Below are positions 60,701-64,000 of a stretch of 64,000 nt of DNA, piece by piece. The translations under genes and the position numbers were made by a program. The notes under the pieces are model-generated. The model saw nothing but the letters and a program-made list of their open reading frames with translations, had not been told where the DNA came from and searched no databases. Position 1 is the stretch's first letter. The number at the start of each line of letters is the position of its first letter. Source of the stretch: Amoebophrya sp. A120 (lineage: Eukaryota > Protista > Dinoflagellata); the NCBI GenBank assembly GCA_905178155.1, contig CAJINV010000010.1, positions 1,222,709 to 1,286,708 of the forward strand. The letters are read 5' to 3'.

Positions 60701-63177
60701 TCTTCGATAAAACTTCGAGTGGAAAAACGGCGGAAAAGGCTGCAGAAAAGGATCAAAATTTGGCAAGCAGAGATGAAAGCGCATCATTCTGAGATAATTT
60801 TGATGAAGGAGCAGAAGGAGGAACAAGACAAATCGACCGCAAGACAGTTAGTCCCAGCAGAACCGGCAAACAAAGCACAAAATCGCAGCGTCATAATTGA
60901 AGCAGAGTTTTCGCCTCCGCTCAGTCTAAAAGGTCGGCCGCCTTCTAGCGGGGAAAACGACAGCGACAATTCGGCGTCGATCGGTTCCTCGGGAAACCAG
61001 CTGTGTGCCGACCGCGAAGATGTTGGGTCCGCTTCACCGCGGCTACAGATCAGAGCAGCAAAAACTACAGCCCACAGTGCCACCTGTTTCACACCGAGGA
61101 CCCTCAAAGGTCGCGTTGAGAAAAACAGCCCTCAAGAACGGCTGCATCACCAGGTCGAACTTCCGGCTGATCCGCGGGAGTTTCACGACAGCTTGCTTGC
61201 TATGAAATGCAAAAGCATCGTACTAGTATAAATCGCATGACAAATTTCCTCAGCATGAAAAATAAAATTTGTTGTAATGCGGATTTGACTTGAGAAAGAA
61301 ATTTGTAATGCATGTTTGCAATTACTACGAGTGCGATACTTTTGCACAGGATACTTGCAGAGACGCAGGGATTCGACATTCTCATCGGACCACAGAGGAA
61401 GTTCGTGAAGATCAGCGATAACGAAGAATTTGCTGACTTTTTGCAAGTTCTGAGCATCGACGATGAATTCGAGAATGAAGGGCAGGGACAAGTACTAGAG
61501 GGGGAACAGGTGGTGCGCTGTCACAACGACATGAACGACGAGCAAAAGCAGAGAATTTCTGCATTTGACCAGCCGCGGACAACTGTGCGGATAAAAGCAG
61601 ACTCCGGGAGGTCGAGGCCAGTTGTTTTCGAGGATGCCTGCTCTACGCCAGAGTTGAAGCGCGAAGTGGTCCTTTTCCCGGGCGATTGTCTGCTTCTTGC
61701 GGACAATAGCACTGCAATTGAGTCGTTACCCCGCTCACGGAGAACGAAAGGCGCCGTCTCAAAACATAGGAACTGCGCAGCGTCATCTGCAGTTGTTGCA
61801 TTTTTACGCGCTTGCAAGTACGGCCAATACTGTGGCGGGAAAGGACGCGTAGTTGAGCGGTCGCGGCAACCCCAGGACAGTGACCCAATCAGTGATGATG
61901 TTGAAGGACCTCCACAGCTGGTGGATTTCGAAGCGTTATTTCCGCTTTTCTTCACGTTCCGCAGCAGACAAACAGCCGCCAGCACCTCCGTCCCCCAGTT
62001 TTACCACTGCGGCTTCTTCAACGTGGGTATCGCGCTGAACCCGGAAAAACTTGTTCCGGTGGACATCAACAGCAACACCGTCCTGTCCTCTCCCCCACCA
62101 ACCCTCGAGACCCGGTTTCACTACTGCCGGTTCGAAAGCTCAACGATTCTCGCAACCGAAACTGCTTACCACCCAACGTTGCAGGTTAAGAATTCGGAGT
62201 TTTTTGAGAACGGTTTGCTGCGTGGTGGAGCTACGGCTGGAAACGGTAACGAAATGACACAAAGTAGGATTTCTACACCAACATCATCGGCCGCTGCTGT
62301 TTCGCGATCATCATATCTGTCAGCTGAAAACGACACAGAGAACGAGGAAAACGATGCGCCTGGCCACGCTAGTACAAATAAACGGACGACAGCAAGAGGG
62401 AAGGGTAGCCGCAGGCTTCCCCAAGCCCAACGCGGCGGCCTTGCCCTGATCGCGAACTACAGCTCAACGGGCAGGTTTCGCATCCAGGATTGCAAATTCC
62501 CGGTGTTGAGAAGAACGACGTGGGAAGGGCTTGAAGATGAAGATAATGGCCAAATGAACGAGTCGGCAGCTGCGGAGGAGCAGGTCACAGGCGGGGCGAA
62601 CAATAGCGCGGCTTGGGAGCAGCCGGGAGCTGTTATGCACCGGGCCGCCGAGCCTCCGAAAAAAAATCTAACGAATTGTAAAGATTACCACAGGACAACA
62701 AATTCAAGTGAGCGTCGAATGATAACGTTCGAGGATCTGAGAAGAGCGAATAGTGCAGCTGCTAATTTTGAAAGCCAGACATCTGCTGCACATGTGGAGG
62801 TGGAAATGGTGAGTAGTGTAGTTGCAGCCGAGAACAATAAAGAAGCAGCAAACAATAACAAATCTCCAGCACGACCAGCACAAGGCACCACTTGCGCAAA
62901 AATCAGGAAAACCACGGACAACTTTTCTTCTCTTGATTTCTTCCAAGAGTTAGAGCAGGGCGACAGCAGGAAAGGCAGCGAGGAGATCATCATTCCAGGA
63001 GCAGCTTCATCCGCTTCCCCCGGTAGCACCACTATGAGGTCCAAATGGATCATCTCGGGTTTCCGCCGGTGGAATTGTGAAAGGCTACCTACGGATGAGT
63101 ACAGCCTGACTGACGCACGGGAGCCGCGAGTGAACGCGGGAGGGAAGAGATGTTTTGAATTTATCGAACTTTCTTGA
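21786..63177 (+). CDS. Giant ~3,900-aa protein with an AEP (primase-polymerase-like) domain and a right-handed beta-helix-like segment; 16 exons
   Basis: Removing 15 TIR introns (each plus one 5-bp repeat, 29,692 nt total) leaves 11,700 nt in one frame. AEP-like motifs ERTTEVFPFVEDID, KISLHLVWP and DIFDD...GLRPPFADK (about 41320-42740). Beta-helix-type start VPDHFASLHDAIEAV...RILVR...LVVNKHVLIDG. It could be more than one gene, but no stop separates the parts. Confidence 0.7.
24507..25121. mobile_element. Non-autonomous TIR element (MITE) inserted in the LINE ORF
   Basis: ~22-bp imperfect TIR tcgc..agagcc..ccccggcg; 6-bp TSD caccga (24501-24506, 25122-25127); internal ~12-mer tandem array of (a)tttcttgtcta type at 24585-24790. 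Confidence 0.8.
26399..30308 (+). CDS. DDE transposase of the CxxH-containing (hAT-like) type, ~1,200 aa, 3 predicted exons
   Basis: Candidate catalytic motifs VQFDGTP, YVSDGG, CVLHGTH and IIRERAH. GT-AG introns 26862-27029 and 27143-27278 leave 3,606 nt in frame. Lies inside an element with an 8-bp TSD. Start codon uncertain. Confidence 0.7.
30711..36854 (+). CDS. Second, multi-exon gene of the hAT-like transposon; Lys/Ala-rich basic N-terminus, function unknown
   Basis: Exons 30711-30911, 32384-33581 and 34969 onward join in frame through GT-AG introns. Further coding-like ORFs (35284-36632) and a stop at 36852-36854. The 3' exon structure is not resolved. Confidence 0.55.
31169..32284. 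repeat. Foldback-like element made of repeated long palindromes, inside an intron of the transposon's second gene
   Basis: Terminal inverted ggagcgggaact/agttcccgctcc; perfect palindromes at 31451-31516 (66 bp) and 31865-31948 (84 bp) centred on gaattc; near-perfect copies at about 31320 and 31742; a second palindromic module ttcgccagc...gctggcgaaa. Confidence 0.85.
33713..34950. mobile_element. Non-autonomous hAT-type element inside an intron of the transposon's second gene
   Basis: TIR caggcggaca/tgtccgcctg; degenerate 8-bp TSD caaatcat/aaaatcaa; tgctaa/ttagca subrepeats. Confidence 0.7.
39131..39193 (+). repeat. 28-bp direct repeat pair in the LINE copy 1 3' UTR
   Basis: ggtattggcagaggctaaatctgttcta at 39131-39158 and 39166-39193. 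Confidence 0.9.
40568..40830. mobile_element. Introner-like TIR intron, family A
   Basis: Family A TIRs; direct repeat aactc/agctc; removal gives RKLAVTD. Confidence 0.9.
41484..41746. mobile_element. Introner-like TIR intron, family A
   Basis: Family A TIRs; direct repeat tcagt/tcagt; frame restored. Confidence 0.92.
41882..42035. mobile_element. Introner-like TIR intron, family B (ends ATG rather than ATA)
   Basis: Family B TIRs; direct repeat gtcta/gtcta; removal gives SGWSTEKHKMKISLH. Confidence 0.88.
43213..43840. mobile_element. 628-bp TIR intron/MITE (distinct family)
   Basis: ~43-bp TIR taccaa..gaattttgtctgcggct..attcaaaaattt; direct repeat ctccg/ctccg; an empty paralogous site is at 42887-42891. 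Confidence 0.92.
44594..44858. mobile_element. Introner-like TIR intron, family A
   Basis: Family A TIRs; direct repeat tgttc/cgttc; frame restored. Confidence 0.9.
45332..45542. mobile_element. Introner-like TIR intron (short, degenerate TIR)
   Basis: tatgct/agcata ends; direct repeat gcatc/gcacc; removal gives VVHHAIASF, in frame with the 45601 ORF. Confidence 0.75.
46177..46444. mobile_element. Introner-like TIR intron, family A
   Basis: Family A TIRs; direct repeat aaaat/aacac (2 mismatches); frame restored. Confidence 0.88.
46756..46895. mobile_element. Introner-like TIR intron, family B
   Basis: Family B TIRs; direct repeat acggg/acggg; removal gives RDGEKD. Confidence 0.9.
47662..47815. 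mobile_element. Introner-like TIR intron (singleton family)
   Basis: tat..aaatttcc / ggaaattt..ata inverted match; direct repeat gagga/gagca; frame restored. Confidence 0.82.
48833..50195 (+). CDS. Putative ORF1 of LINE copy 2 (two overlapping frames, 48833-49627 and 49344-50195; probable frameshift)
   Basis: Position upstream of the APE-RT ORF inside the insert; Q/G-rich with a coiled-coil-like stretch; no recognisable motif. Confidence 0.45.
51899..55864 (+). CDS. APE endonuclease-reverse transcriptase polyprotein (ORF2) of LINE copy 2; C-terminus continues in another frame (55975-56253)
   Basis: APE/EEP motifs YWNMNG, VSGDLN, TVIDF, GDH; RT motifs EASGADG, GIDASNFYN, LIQGSVE, QFVDGG, GQHLAPKK, KILGI; first ATG at 51938. 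Confidence 0.88.
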   Translation: MRLNRPTPDQTPKMLGLGPEDMEDDDEPEFVSHVYWNMNGSGEANTEALAKLVADLRATEAAAVEIKKSELDLEQAAFEGLSERKGLHVVAATNLVGISTSLKCGGGMIADCNKVRERPAMVISKLILARDPCGAFFTEEITDKEDATLWAVGAVRDRRLTLTLYRRETRVPIDTPSKSFIAKQVGDLIKEITTAMNMSDLWIVSGDLNAYHEVDAEDRAKLEDRQPACALVRAEVLEPVFNFLNSRTRFQNTQGPTCYRSKTSPTVIDFTAVGPREGILFAAEIQRVQVVRGQQKECKAIPENSPPELPEGDHIALHTAISWYRPQAPQPAQSGDARQPGSGERAKPLAFNARHSELIPTEGERERAKILKGQKEFAERLPFSGVISWPRGTKTTEVLEPLFEGAQMPDIEQVGLEGIQSWAQEVLLDSGACSYVPTEPTEDMRQLFERQTPGQRGGRTEGANGADKKKEKEREHRSMFAGPVDGSTLNNVYQHARQAREQVLGVRRGAPAEEIKKINAGTATAPREVVGVEECTKEISLAHVFKSGRIRYAEGKRHTFSPEEMQRAVTQLTEAAKGLPPLRIPAAELRRHITKMNKEASGADGVRLRAYAAMTGQQISQLAAGYGALLQGIGLADWIPGQKDATSPPALKVLPVEILRKASQLGGDISKLRTVIRGTPVYRIMLSFLTHRMARIADLGDAFTPSGAAGKPAASCMATVLEILKVCYAEDLQNGCENKERAAELSEQEKTNAANWLTILIGIDASNFYNCISIPSMVRSFRWARLHPTYIKLAMLSNWRKTLFLRNGSCFAELSDHRDLIQGSVEAMLCGVLLFMRGVTAVARFVEECFDAAGRIDEKRIDSAGAKLRRTLREDFAGGDDTGVTFPDYRPAEEVHELFRDEEGDGGAETGNRTTRTRKTRSKEHERTRVSQRLPMSEREEKAPRKAAVVQFVDGGTLSIKFHKDDAEKLRKLLKIVATACETMHAPEGQHLAPKKAEMLLSASAMDQQALYLAAFRPFGIVFNLKECTKILGITIRLGDIRDQVDAIRKQVNNSVSFAQHLRYRVMRSKGNFVMTGADHRWVVICFYMSPIIYILPVLRLICAQSDWSELLIEMATSIAKVIGFDREVWERMTTMHNVTPELFHRLTFSENILGIVDPYVLGIKLLRGVAQSNILTDIDGFVTWATFPIRFHGTGLAGIGAADRKAVQVKTTADLALVEALSEGAEIRLPAKSDLRLCGFIPDRSSKPPPPEKVPRACHNESAFVVASADGMGVRLLQTDTTGRVSVLRQVRTKREHLLTEERAEERQFVAYLSGFLSLS
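57537..57720 (+). repeat. Short direct repeats in the LINE copy 2 3' UTR
   Basis: cagctggatgactgtgacctggctcgt at 57537-57563 and 57574-57600, with degenerate copies near 57616 and 57697. Confidence 0.85.
57945..58208. mobile_element. Introner-like TIR intron, family A
   Basis: Family A TIRs; direct repeat ggtcc/ggtcc; removal gives RILVRTDQ. Confidence 0.9.
58730..58989. mobile_element. Introner-like TIR intron, family A (opposite orientation to 4187)
   Basis: Family A TIRs; direct repeat aaata/aaata; frame restored. Confidence 0.9.
59446..59554. mobile_element. Introner-like TIR intron, family D (109 bp), hidden in frame inside ORF 59099-61231
   Basis: Perfect 23-bp TIR tatccacagaaaaaaacccatcc; direct repeat ggtgt/ggggc; two tttgtcatgcaaaa motifs. 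Confidence 0.88.
61201..61353. mobile_element. Introner-like TIR intron, family B (opposite orientation to 3075/9591)
   Basis: Family B TIRs; direct repeat cttgc/cttgc; removal gives LLAETQG. Confidence 0.92.
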
Positions 63178-64000
63178 AAGATGAAGCCACTGTGTTACTT
63201 ACGCGTAGCTCTAGCTGCTCGCGTTGACGAGGATACATGGGCGTGGAATTTCGCGCCTTAAATCTTTCTGCTGTTTTTTTTTCCGCAGCTCGTATGGATA
63301 TCAATTCTAGTTGCAGATGCTCACTGTTCTTTGACATGACGAACATTGTACTACATCTACAACGTCATTCAAAGTGTAGTAAATAAGAATAACATAATGC
63401 ACAACTACTATGTATATGAAAAAAGATTGCACGTCGCTGTCAGTAGCGTTATCCATGACTAGGATGTCCTTTTCGCCGGGGAATTACTGTCGACCTACTG
63501 CAGACGTCGAAACAGATCATTTTGGAATATCGAAGGGTCGAGATTTTACCTTCCGAAATAGCTTGAAATCGCAAAAAATATCGATCGCAATCTTCGTGCT
63601 GTGGTCAAAGCAAAAAACTCAAATTGCAATGACAGTATGAACAACCTTTCATCTCGTTGTGAAGCAAGTGCCCCGAGGGTCATTGGAGATGGATTCCCTT
63701 GTTCGCGACATCCTCGTGTGCGAATTCGTCTGTAGTGTAACGTTTGGTGGTTCGCTTCAAATATATTTATATAAGTTCGATCGGAGAGCGGCCCAGTCTT
63801 ATGTGGCTTGCATTTTTGTGGCTATATACTTCGAGAACGAGCTGTTGAGGGATTGATGGAGAGAAGGAAGACAGTTGTGTGGGTTTCATCGCTCGTTGAT
63901 GCATACATAAGAAGTGCAGAAGAGGAAGAAGAGCGGTTTCTGCTGTATTCCCAAAAATCTTAGTTTGAGGAGGAGAATTGTGAAGCGGATGAAAGATTTA

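Noticed and set aside
2377-61491. Many short ORFs sharing peptides such as YQMQKCLGLE, MSGSGR, DPDIFAFD, CKSIVLV
   Set aside because: They are translations of introner TIRs in different frames and strands, not a protein family.
1-64000. Ciliate germline DNA with IESs
   Set aside because: Long ORFs are open under the standard code, GC content is moderate, the elements have 5-bp repeats outside the TA, and GT-AG introns are 130 nt or longer in the confident cases. An Amoebophrya-like introner genome fits better. DNA-level excision remains a testable alternative mechanism.

Overview
Eukaryotic (protist) genomic DNA, standard genetic code. By inference it is an Amoebophrya-like (Syndiniales, dinoflagellate-related) genome, because the intron type matches the introner elements described there. 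Three + strand host genes fill most of the window: (1) a 5'-incomplete giant Sushi/CCP-like repeat protein with a C-terminal YfaP/DUF2135-like domain (1-16222); (2) a VMP1 homologue with an EF-hand (17405-20546); (3) a ~3,900-aa protein with an AEP primase-polymerase-like domain and a beta-helix-like segment (21786-63177). I traced by eye 43 non-canonical introns in these genes. Each has terminal inverted repeats, TA...TA ends (one ends TG) and a 5-bp flanking direct repeat (one has only 2-3 bp). Removing the element plus one repeat copy restores the frame every time. They occur in both orientations and most share an internal TGT(C/G/A)ATGC motif. Two are giant. 22358-39349 (17 kb) holds a 5'-truncated non-LTR retrotransposon, which holds a 6-bp-TSD MITE and an 11.5-kb two-gene hAT-like transposon whose introns hold further elements. 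48389-57881 (9.5 kb) holds a near full-length relative of the same retrotransposon. Both retrotransposons sit at a GCATGACA motif of the same introner family, and both have (Y/F)VDG in place of the YxDD RT motif. Two other introners carry a Helitron-like non-autonomous insert. All coordinates are hand-derived; no searches were run.
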